NCBI GenBank assembly: GCA_963664295.1
Contig: OY760935.1
Coordinates: 288,001-352,000 of the forward strand
Direction: 5' to 3'
Length of the DNA: 64,000 nucleotides
DNA from: Candidatus Altimarinota bacterium
GTDB taxonomy: Bacteria; Patescibacteriota; Gracilibacteria; CAIRYL01; GCA-016699755
Below the pieces are notes generated by a model that saw only the letters and a program-made list of their open reading frames with translations, did not search any database and was not told the origin of the DNA. Below, one piece after another: positions 18,515-27,322 of the stretch (positions within the stretch are counted from its first letter, which is position 1; the number at the start of each line of letters is the position of its first letter). The translations under genes and the position numbers were made by a program.

Positions 18515-21133
18515 ATGCCAATCAAACATATTTATTCCTTTGAAGAAGGGAATGCAAACGAAAAAGATCTTCTTGGAGGTAAGGGAGCAAACCTTGCTGA
18601 AATGACCCGACTGGGCTTTCCAGTGCCACAAGGGTTTACTATTAGCACGAAAACCTGCCTTTTGTTTTATGAAGAAGGTAAAAAATTTCCTCATGGTTTA
18701 GCTGAAGAATTAACTGAAGCTGTAAAAAATCTTGAAGAAAAAACAGGTAAAAAATTTGGAGACCAAGAAAATCCATTATTAGTATCTGTGCGTTCTGGTG
18801 CAAAAATATCTATGCCTGGAATGATGGATACTGTTTTGAACTTAGGCCTCAATGATCGTACTGTTGAAGTTTTGGCTAAAAAATCAGGTAATCCTCGTTT
18901 TGCTTATGATGCTTATAGAAGATTTGTTCAAATGTTTGGCGATGTTGTGCTTGATATTGATCATCATAATTTTGAAAGTGTGATTACAGCTAAAAAAGCA
19001 GAAAAAGGAGTGCAAAATGACACAGATCTTACTGTTGAAGATTGGCAAGATGTTGTCAGTCAGTTCAAACTCATTGTCAAAAATGAAACAGGAGTAGATT
19101 TTCCAGAAGAACCGCGAGAACAGCTAGAAAAAGCAATTACCGCGGTTTTTAATTCTTGGCAAATTCCTCGTGCAGTAAAATATAGAGAAATTCACAATAT
19201 ACCACACGATCTTGGTACTGCTGTTAATGTGCAAACCATGGTTTTTGGTAATTTAGGTGACACTTCTGGTACTGGCGTTTGTTTCACTCGCAATCCAATG
19301 AATGGTAAAAAGAATATTTTTGGTGATTTTCTTATAAATGCACAAGGTGAAGATGTTGTTGCTGGCATTCGCACACCAAGAGAAATAACTGAATTAGAAG
19401 ATGAAATGCCAGAGATATATAAAACATTAGAAGAAACTTGTGAAAAATTAGAAAATCATTATCGAGAAATGCAGGATATTGAGTTTACTATTGAAGATGG
19501 TAATTTTTATATGCTTCAGACCAGATCTGGTAAACGCACAGCTCATGCGGCTGTAAAAATTGCTGTTGATATGATGCATGAAGGCCTTATTTCTAAAGAA
19601 GAAGCTGTTATGCGAGTTGAGCCTAAGTGTTTGGATCAGCTTTTGCACCCAACCTTAGACCCAAATGAAAAAAAAGATGTAATTGCCAAAGGTGTTCCTG
19701 CTAGTCCAGGTGCGGCCTGTGGTAAAGTTGTTTTTACTGCTGACGATGCTGTTAAGCACAATGAAGTTGGTCAAAAGGTTATTTTAGTTCGTCATGAAAC
19801 TAGCCCAGAAGATATTCACGGAATGCATGTTTCTGAAGGCATTTTGACTGCTTGTGGAGGAAAAGCTTCTCATGCAGCTGTTGTTGCTCGTGGCATGGGC
19901 ACTCCTTGTGTTTCTGGTGCTACTGAGATTGTTGTTAATCCAAAAGCAGGTAAGTTTACTGTTGGTGAAACAGTTATTAACGAAGGTGATGTAATTACTT
20001 TAGATGGATCTACTGGTGAAGTTATTCTTGGTACTTGTAGCACAATTGATGCAAAACTTTCTGATGAATTGCTTGAATTGCTTGAGTGGGCAGATGAATT
20101 TGGCGAATTAACAGTACGCACCAATGCAGACACTCCTCGTGATGCAAGTAAGGCTAGAGAGTTTGGCGCACAGGGGATTGGTCTTTGTCGTACTGAGCAT
20201 ATGTTTTTTGGTGATGATAGAATAAATATTGTGCGAGAAATGATACTTGCAAAAAGCACAGAAGAAAGAGAAAAAGCTCTAGAAAAATTATTACCAATGC
20301 AAAGACAAGATTTTGAAGAAATTTTTGAAGTCATGGATGGACTTCCTGTGACAATTCGCCTTCTTGATCCACCTTTGCATGAATTTTTGCCAGAAAAAAA
20401 TAGTGATATTGAAGAATTTGCTAATGTATTTAATCTCACTTTTGAACAAGCAAAAGATAGAGTAAAAAGCATGGAAGAAGTTAATCCAATGTTGGGTTAT
20501 AGAGGAGTGCGTATTTTGGTCACTTGTCCTGAAATCCTTAAAATGCAAGGCAGAGCCATTATTGAAGCTGCTCTTGCTGTGCAAAAAAAGGGAATTAAGG
20601 TTTTGCCTGAAATTATGATTCCTCTTGTTGGCAGAAAAAAAGAATTTGATATATCAAAAGAAGGATTAGAAGAAGTTATTGCAGAAGTTTTTGCAGAAAC
20701 AGGAGAAAAAGTTAATTATAAAATAGGCACAATGATTGAGCTTCCTCGTGCTTGCATGGTTGCGCATAAAATCGCAGAAAAAGCTGATTTCTTTTCTTTT
20801 GGAACCAACGACCTTACTCAAATGAGCTTTGGTTATTCTCGTGATGATGTTGCCAGGTTTTTACCTCAATATATAGAATTAGGAATATTAGAAAATGATC
20901 CCTTTGAGATATTGGATCAAGAAGGAGTTGGGCCTTTAATAGAAACTGCAGTAAAAAAAGGTCGTGGTGTTAAATCTGATTTAAAAATTAGTGTTTGCGG
21001 AGAGCATGGTGGTGATCCAAGTTCTGTGGAATTTTTTCAAAAAAATAATTTTGATGTTATTTCTTGTTCACCTTTTAGAGTGCCCCTTGCTCGTGTAGCT
21101 GCTGCTCAAGCCACAATAATGTTGAAAAAATAA
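18515..21133 (+). CDS. ppdK: Pyruvate, phosphate dikinase
   Basis: LLGGKGANLAEM, LLVSVRSGA, SHAAVVARG (phospho-His), GIGLCRTEHMF, FSFGTNDLTQ, CGEHGGDP. Confidence 0.98.
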   Translation: MPIKHIYSFEEGNANEKDLLGGKGANLAEMTRLGFPVPQGFTISTKTCLLFYEEGKKFPHGLAEELTEAVKNLEEKTGKKFGDQENPLLVSVRSGAKISMPGMMDTVLNLGLNDRTVEVLAKKSGNPRFAYDAYRRFVQMFGDVVLDIDHHNFESVITAKKAEKGVQNDTDLTVEDWQDVVSQFKLIVKNETGVDFPEEPREQLEKAITAVFNSWQIPRAVKYREIHNIPHDLGTAVNVQTMVFGNLGDTSGTGVCFTRNPMNGKKNIFGDFLINAQGEDVVAGIRTPREITELEDEMPEIYKTLEETCEKLENHYREMQDIEFTIEDGNFYMLQTRSGKRTAHAAVKIAVDMMHEGLISKEEAVMRVEPKCLDQLLHPTLDPNEKKDVIAKGVPASPGAACGKVVFTADDAVKHNEVGQKVILVRHETSPEDIHGMHVSEGILTACGGKASHAAVVARGMGTPCVSGATEIVVNPKAGKFTVGETVINEGDVITLDGSTGEVILGTCSTIDAKLSDELLELLEWADEFGELTVRTNADTPRDASKAREFGAQGIGLCRTEHMFFGDDRINIVREMILAKSTEEREKALEKLLPMQRQDFEEIFEVMDGLPVTIRLLDPPLHEFLPEKNSDIEEFANVFNLTFEQAKDRVKSMEEVNPMLGYRGVRILVTCPEILKMQGRAIIEAALAVQKKGIKVLPEIMIPLVGRKKEFDISKEGLEEVIAEVFAETGEKVNYKIGTMIELPRACMVAHKIAEKADFFSFGTNDLTQMSFGYSRDDVARFLPQYIELGILENDPFEILDQEGVGPLIETAVKKGRGVKSDLKISVCGEHGGDPSSVEFFQKNNFDVISCSPFRVPLARVAAAQATIMLKK

Positions 21134-21171
21134 TCCTTATATTTAATTTTAAATAATTTTACCTAAAAATC

Positions 21172-22407
21172 ATGTCTTTATTTGAAAATACACTTGCACA
21201 AATAGAAAAAGCTGCAAGTGCAATGCGTCTTGATGAAGATGTAAAAAGTGTTGTTTCTGCTCCAGAAAGAATTATGGAAGTTGCTATTCCCGTCCGCATG
21301 GACGATGGTAGCCTGAAGGTTTTTACAGGCTACAGAATTCAACATTCTACTATTCGTGGTCCTGCAAAAGGTGGCATTCGTTATCACCATGAAACAGACC
21401 TGGAAGAAGTTAAAGCTCTTGCTGCTTGGATGAGTATCAAATGTGCTGTTGTTAATATTCCATTAGGTGGAGGAAAAGGTGGAATTACCTGTAGTCCAAA
21501 AGAAATGTCCCCAGCAGAACTAGAAAAGCTCACAAGAGGTTTTGTAGAAAAAATAGAACCTATTATTGGACCAGAAAAAGATGTTCCAGCTCCAGATGTA
21601 AACACAAATCCACAAATCATGGCTTGGTTTGTTGATGAATACTCAAAATTACAAGGAGAAAATAAATTGGGAGTAGTCACAGGAAAACCTCTTGAAGCTG
21701 GTGGTTCTCTTGGTCGTGATCAAGCTACTGCTCAAGGTGGTGCTTATGTTTTATTGAAATATTATGAATTAAATAATATTGATAAAACAGGTAAAAGTGT
21801 TGTTATTCAGGGTTTTGGTAATGCTGGTAAAAATGCAGCAATTCTTCTTGCTGAGCAAGGTATGAAGATTACTGGTGTTTCTGATTCAAAAGGCGGTGTA
21901 TATAACGCAGATGGTTTAAATGTTGAAGAGCTTATTAAAGTTAAAAATGAAACTGGTACAGTACAAAATATGCCAGGAGTTGACAAGGTGACTAATGAAG
22001 AGTTAATTGAAAAAGAATGTGATGTTTTAGTGCTTGCAGCGCTTGAAAACCAAGTTCATAAAGATAATGCTGGTAATTTAAAAACAGGTTTGATTTTAGA
22101 GCTTGCAAATGGACCTATTACCCCAGAGGGTGATGAGATTATTGAAAAAGCAGGAGTTGAAATTCTTCCTGATATTTTGGCTAATGCAGGTGGTGTGACT
22201 GTTTCTTATTTTGAAATGGTACAAAATAATATGAATTATTATTGGACTGCTGAAGAAGTGCAGGTGAAATTAAAAACAATAATGGAAAAAGCTCTTGCTG
22301 ATGTATTAAATGAAAGAAAAAGATGCAAGGTTGATATGCGTACTGCTGCTTTTGTCACTGCTTTAGGCAGAATTGCTAGCGCTTTGCAGGCTAGAGGAAA
22401 AGCTTAA
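21172..22407 (+). CDS. gdhA: Glutamate dehydrogenase (Glu/Leu/Phe/Val family)
   Basis: GPAKGGIRY, GGGKGG, DVPAPD, VTGKP, QGFGNAG, ELANGP, NAGGVTVSYFE. Confidence 0.95.
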   Translation: MSLFENTLAQIEKAASAMRLDEDVKSVVSAPERIMEVAIPVRMDDGSLKVFTGYRIQHSTIRGPAKGGIRYHHETDLEEVKALAAWMSIKCAVVNIPLGGGKGGITCSPKEMSPAELEKLTRGFVEKIEPIIGPEKDVPAPDVNTNPQIMAWFVDEYSKLQGENKLGVVTGKPLEAGGSLGRDQATAQGGAYVLLKYYELNNIDKTGKSVVIQGFGNAGKNAAILLAEQGMKITGVSDSKGGVYNADGLNVEELIKVKNETGTVQNMPGVDKVTNEELIEKECDVLVLAALENQVHKDNAGNLKTGLILELANGPITPEGDEIIEKAGVEILPDILANAGGVTVSYFEMVQNNMNYYWTAEEVQVKLKTIMEKALADVLNERKRCKVDMRTAAFVTALGRIASALQARGKA

Positions 22408-22430
22408 TAAAATATTTATTTTTGTTATTT

Positions 22431-22458
22431 AAAAACCGCTTGTATGGGCGGTTTTTTT
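22431..22458 (+). terminator. Intrinsic terminator after gdhA
   Basis: AAAAACCGCTT-gtat-GGGCGGTTTTTTT. Confidence 0.8.
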
Positions 22459-22468
22459 GTTATTAAAT

Positions 22469-22569
22469 AATTAATTTTATTTTTGTATTACTGTATTAGT
22501 GTACTGGTACAGTAATACATTTTTAGTGTTGATTATTTGGCTTTATCTAGGGCAATGAATTTTTTTTAA
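22469..22569. repeat. 101-bp dispersed element, copy 2 (palindrome 22484-22519)
   Basis: Near-identical to 15577-15677. Confidence 0.9.
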
Positions 22570-22582
22570 ATAACAAAAAAAA

Positions 22583-22850
22583 GAGATGGACTTGCTCAGA
22601 ATGACAGTAATAGTGTGTCATCCTGAGTGAGCGTAGCGAAGCGAAGGATCTCCCGTAGTCATTACTGTTGAATTACCTAAGGCAGGACTTGAGCGAATGG
22701 ACAAGGAGATTCTTCGCTCCATTTCACTCCGCTCAGAATGACAGTAAGGGTGTGTTTTACGCTCAGAATCAGCCTCCCGAGATTGCGTATCAAGTCCGCA
22801 ATGACACCTTCAAAAAAAGTCCGCAATGACAAAAAAGCTCAACAATAACG
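22583..22850. repeat. REP/REPIN-like composite, third copy of the unit
   Basis: Inverted arms TGTCATCCTGAGTG..GCGAAGGATCTC (22616-22652) and GAGATTCTTCGC..CTCAGAATGACA (22706-22743) flank the same 53-bp spacer seen at 15982-16034. Confidence 0.9.
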
Positions 22851-22891
22851 GAGTATTTATTATTTTTTACGCAAAATGAACAGTTTTTTGT

Positions 22892-23533
22892 TTATTTTAG
22901 TACATAATCAGCAATTTCTTTAACACTAGGAAAAATATTATTAAAACCAGCTTTTTTAAAGCTTTCCGTATTAGTAGTGCCTGTTAATACAGCTAAAAAA
23001 TCCACATTAGCACCTTTTGCGCTATATGCATCATACAAAGAATCGCCAATATAATAAGCTTCTTCTGGTTTTGCCTGAAAATATTCTAATACTTTTATTA
23101 AACCCTCTGGGTCAGGTTTATAATTAAAAACATCTTCTGAACCTACAATTTCTTCAAAATAATTATCAATACTTGCAGATTTAAAAAGAGGAATAGTGTT
23201 TCTGCGACTTTTCATTGTGAATGCACCAATTTTTTTATTGTTTTGGTGTAATTTTTCCAACATTTTTTTTGTGCCTGGAACAAGGTCTATTCCTGCATTT
23301 TGTGCTTTTAAATATATTTCTCGATAAGTACTTAATGCTTTTTCTAGATTTTTTCCTTCAAAAAATTGTCCAAGAATATGGTCAAGTCCACTGCCAATTA
23401 AATTTTTAATTGCCTCATCGCCAGGAAAAGGTTCATTTAATCGATCAAAAGTTTGTCTAAAAGAAGCGATAATAGTGGGAATTGAGCTAAAAAGCGTGCC
23501 ATCTACATCAAAAATAATATATTTTTTAGTCAT
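22892..23533 (-). CDS. HAD family phosphatase (Gph/PpaX-like)
   Basis: IFDVDGTL, FTMK, KPDPEG, YIGDSLYD. Confidence 0.9.
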   Translation of the reverse strand: MTKKYIIFDVDGTLFSSIPTIIASFRQTFDRLNEPFPGDEAIKNLIGSGLDHILGQFFEGKNLEKALSTYREIYLKAQNAGIDLVPGTKKMLEKLHQNNKKIGAFTMKSRRNTIPLFKSASIDNYFEEIVGSEDVFNYKPDPEGLIKVLEYFQAKPEEAYYIGDSLYDAYSAKGANVDFLAVLTGTTNTESFKKAGFNNIFPSVKEIADYVLK

Positions 23534-26038
23534 TTAAGAAATTATTGCTTTAATTTTTTCTACAGATAATCCTTGTAGTCCACCGCCGGAAGCAAAATTA
23601 TCAGATCCACCTCCACCTCCGCCAAATTCTTTATTTAATTTTTGTAATAATTCTTTAGCGGATACTGATTTTGTACTTATTGCTACTGAGCCTTGTTTGC
23701 CAAACAGAATTACTATTTCTGCTTTGCCATTTAGTGCTTTTGCTAATTCCACAGGATTTTCTGATTCTCTGATAATTATTTTTTCTCCCTGGTTTTCTGT
23801 GAGTATATTTTCTGCTTCAAAGTTGATAATGGTTTTTTTGATTTCTTTGGTTTCTTCTTCAGCGCTTTTCTTTTCTTTTGCTAGTGTTTCTATTCTTTCT
23901 TCTATTTTATCAACTGGAGTTTTTAGCTTGTTCGCTAATTCTTCTAGTCTGAGGTATTGTTCTTGGAGTAATTTTTGTGCTTCAAGTGAGCAAACTGCTT
24001 CTATTCTGCGAATACCGCTTGCTACTGAGCTTTCTGAGATTATTTTTATTGCACCAATTTCTGCCGTGTTTTTTATATGAGTGCCTCCGCAAAGCTCTTT
24101 TGAAACTTCGCCAAAACTAATTACGCGAACTGTTTGACCTTTGTCAAATTTATCTGAAAAAAGCGCCATTGCACCTTTTTTTTGAGCCTCTTCGATTGGC
24201 AATTCTTCTCTTACTCCCTCTATTCCTTCTGCTACCCATGAAGAAATTAGGTCTTCAGTTTTTCTAATTTCTTCTTTACTGAGATTTTTTGGATGAGAAA
24301 AGTCAAAACGAGTGCGTGTTTCTGAGACTTCACTTCCTGCTTGCTCTACATGCTCGCCCAATACTTTTCTAAGACTAGCATGAAGAAGATGGGCCAATGA
24401 GTGATGTCTTCTGATTTGTGCTCTGCGAATTGCGTCAATTATCGCTTTTACAGTATCTCCTTGTTTAAACGGATTGTCTGCTTTGATTGTATGTATAAAA
24501 ACATTGTTTTTATTTTTTTGTACATCAAGAACTAAAAATCCATCAATTGAGCCAGTGTCAGCTACTTGCCCTCCGCTTTCTGCATAAAACGGGGTTTTGT
24601 CTAAAGCGACAAAATAAATATCTTCATTATTTGTGCTTTTTTGGATTGCTAATACTTTTGCTTCTGTTTCGCTTGTGTTGCGCAAAAAATCTGTTGCTGG
24701 AAGGTTTTCAAACTCAATTAAATCTTCTTTTCGTTCAAACATATTTGTACTTTTTGCTCTTGAGCGCTCTCTTTGTGCTTCTAATTCTTTTTGAAATTCT
24801 TCTTTGTTTACTTTCATGCTATTTTCTTCGGCGATTTCTTCGGTTAGCTCAAAAGGGAAGCCGTATGTGTCGTATAGTTCAAATGCTTTTTTGCCTGTGA
24901 TTTTATTTTCTTTTTCTAGGGCATCAGCAAGTATTTTTTCACCTCTTTCCATTGTTTGAAGAAAGTTTTCTTCTTCAATGTCCATGGTGTTAAAAATATG
25001 AGTATCCCTTTTTTCAAGTTCAGGATAATAATTTTTGTAGTAATTTATTACTACTTCGGCTATTTTTTTGGCAAAACCACCTTTGATACCCAATTTGCGA
25101 TTGCCATACATTACGGCTCTGCGAAATATTCTTCTAAGAACATAGTCCCTGCTTGTGTTTCCTGGGGAAACTCCATCTGCAATTAAAAAAGTAGAGCCTC
25201 TTAAATGGTCTGCAATAACGCGAAAGCTTTTTATATTATTTTGATATTTTTTGCCTGATAATTCTTCGATTTTATTTAAAATATCAGCGAAAAGATCAGT
25301 GTCATAGGCAGAATCTTTTTGATTTAAAATAGAAAGAAGACGCTCAAAGCCAACACCAGTATCAACATTTTTTTGACTTAATTTTTCATAAGTTCCATCT
25401 TCTTTTTTGTTGTATTCCATGAACACTAGGTTCCATATTTCCACATATCTTTGATTTTCATCAGAATTAGGCCCAACATCAGCTCCATATTGCTCACCAC
25501 GATCGTAATGAATTTCGGAACAAGGTCCACAAGGTCCTGTTTTGCCTGCTGGTCCCCAAAAATTATCCTTTTTATCAAATTCAAAAATTTGCTCTTTTGT
25601 TAATCCTTTGCTGAGCCAGATTTTCTCTGCTTCATCGTCACGTGGAGCATCTTCATCACCTGCAAAAATTGTAATAGCGAATTTTTTTGGATCTAAACCT
25701 AAAACATCAACAAAAAAATCATAAGCCAGCTCTATTGCTTCTTCTTTAAAATAATTACCCAAAGACCAATTACCTAACATTTCAAAAAAAGTGTGGTGAG
25801 TATCATCGCCAACATCTTCAATATCTGGAGTTCGAAAACATTTTTGGGTATCAAAAAGGCGATCTCCTTTTGGGTGAGGAGCACCCATTAAAAACGGAAC
25901 AAGAGGTTGCATACCCGCAGTAGTTAAAAGAACAGTAGGGTCGTTTTTGTCTGGAATAAGCGACTCTGATGGTAGTTCCATATGATTTCTGGAGACAAAA
26001 AATTCTCTAAATTTTTTTCTTAATTCTTCGGAATGCAT
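23534..26038 (-). CDS. alaS: Alanine--tRNA ligase
   Basis: TTAGMQP, HHTFFEMLGNWS, GPCGPCSEI, EIWNLVF, DTGVGFER, HHSLAHLL, ELCGGTH, GGGGGS. Confidence 0.98.
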   Translation of the reverse strand: MHSEELRKKFREFFVSRNHMELPSESLIPDKNDPTVLLTTAGMQPLVPFLMGAPHPKGDRLFDTQKCFRTPDIEDVGDDTHHTFFEMLGNWSLGNYFKEEAIELAYDFFVDVLGLDPKKFAITIFAGDEDAPRDDEAEKIWLSKGLTKEQIFEFDKKDNFWGPAGKTGPCGPCSEIHYDRGEQYGADVGPNSDENQRYVEIWNLVFMEYNKKEDGTYEKLSQKNVDTGVGFERLLSILNQKDSAYDTDLFADILNKIEELSGKKYQNNIKSFRVIADHLRGSTFLIADGVSPGNTSRDYVLRRIFRRAVMYGNRKLGIKGGFAKKIAEVVINYYKNYYPELEKRDTHIFNTMDIEEENFLQTMERGEKILADALEKENKITGKKAFELYDTYGFPFELTEEIAEENSMKVNKEEFQKELEAQRERSRAKSTNMFERKEDLIEFENLPATDFLRNTSETEAKVLAIQKSTNNEDIYFVALDKTPFYAESGGQVADTGSIDGFLVLDVQKNKNNVFIHTIKADNPFKQGDTVKAIIDAIRRAQIRRHHSLAHLLHASLRKVLGEHVEQAGSEVSETRTRFDFSHPKNLSKEEIRKTEDLISSWVAEGIEGVREELPIEEAQKKGAMALFSDKFDKGQTVRVISFGEVSKELCGGTHIKNTAEIGAIKIISESSVASGIRRIEAVCSLEAQKLLQEQYLRLEELANKLKTPVDKIEERIETLAKEKKSAEEETKEIKKTIINFEAENILTENQGEKIIIRESENPVELAKALNGKAEIVILFGKQGSVAISTKSVSAKELLQKLNKEFGGGGGGSDNFASGGGLQGLSVEKIKAIIS

Positions 26039-26107
26039 TTTGCTTGAAAAAAAAGCTTAAACAGTGTAAAATAGTAAGATACAAAAATCAATCTATTAAA
26101 AATAAAA

Positions 26108-27241
26108 ATGCCTGAAGAAAGCAATAAAACAGAAATAAAATCAGGAGAGGAGCTGCAAGAAAAATCAGCTCCAAAACCTGTAGTAAACGACAATATTGCA
26201 GATCGAGTTGATCTTGATGATATTTTAGAGCTTTGTATTGATTCAGAGGCTTCTGATTTGCATTTTGGCGCAAAAGCAAGAATAGGCCTGAGAGTTAATG
26301 GAAAAATTTGTTTTGTGGAAAATGTTCCACCTTTAACAAAAGAACAGGCAGAAAAAATTATTTTTAAACTACTTGCTAGTGATGAACAAAAGGAAACATT
26401 ACTAAGAACACGCGAAATGGATACTTCTTATGAATATAAAGATGGAACAAGTTTTCGTGTGAATATTTATTTTAAAAGAGGAAATATTGCTGCTGCATTG
26501 CGCAGAATTCCAAGAGCAGCAATGACTTTGGAAAACTTAGGAATTCCTGAGTCAGTTCATAATCTTATAGAAATGAAGCAAGGGCTTATTTTAATAACAG
26601 GGCCAACAGGAAGTGGTAAGTCAACAACTTTGCAAGCAATGGTTGAATATGTAAATAAAAATAGAGTTGAACATATTATTACTATTGAAGATCCAGTTGA
26701 ATTTCTTTTTACTTCAAAAAAATCAATTATATCTCAAAGAGAAGTAGGTGACGACACGCTTTCTTTTTCTAATTCTTTGAGAGCAGCTCTGCGTGAAGAC
26801 CCTGATGTTGTGATGATTGGAGAGATGAGAGATGCAGAAACAATTATGGCGGCTATTAATCTTGCTGAAACAGGACATTTGGTTATGTCTACTTTGCATA
26901 CTGCTTCGGCAGCACAAACAGTTAACCGTTTGATTAACGCTTTTCCGCCAGAGCAACAATCTCAAGTGCAAAATCGTTTAGCAGACTCTTTGATTGGAGT
27001 TGTTTCTCAAAGGCTTGTACCAAGATGTGATAAACCTGGCAGAACTGCTATTTTTGAGATGATGATAGTTAACGCAGCTATTAGAAATATTATTCGTTCA
27101 GGTGATACGGGACAAATAATGAATGCTATCCAAGGAGGAAAAGCAGAAGGTATGATTAAAATGGAAACTTATGCCGAAGAGCTTAAAAACAAAGGAATTA
27201 TACTTGAGCAAGATTATATTCATTTTTTCCGTAAAGAATAA
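26108..27241 (+). CDS. pilT: Type IV pilus retraction ATPase PilT
   Basis: ASDLH, TGPTGSGKSTT, ITIEDPVE, ALREDPDV, GEMRD, AETGHLVMSTLHT, AIRNIIR. Confidence 0.95.
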   Translation: MPEESNKTEIKSGEELQEKSAPKPVVNDNIADRVDLDDILELCIDSEASDLHFGAKARIGLRVNGKICFVENVPPLTKEQAEKIIFKLLASDEQKETLLRTREMDTSYEYKDGTSFRVNIYFKRGNIAAALRRIPRAAMTLENLGIPESVHNLIEMKQGLILITGPTGSGKSTTLQAMVEYVNKNRVEHIITIEDPVEFLFTSKKSIISQREVGDDTLSFSNSLRAALREDPDVVMIGEMRDAETIMAAINLAETGHLVMSTLHTASAAQTVNRLINAFPPEQQSQVQNRLADSLIGVVSQRLVPRCDKPGRTAIFEMMIVNAAIRNIIRSGDTGQIMNAIQGGKAEGMIKMETYAEELKNKGIILEQDYIHFFRKE

Positions 27242-27322
27242 ATACTTGATAAAAATTGAAAATTATGTAAAAATAATTGGATAAAATAAAAAAAATTTAA
27301 AAATAATTTCAATAAAATTAAA

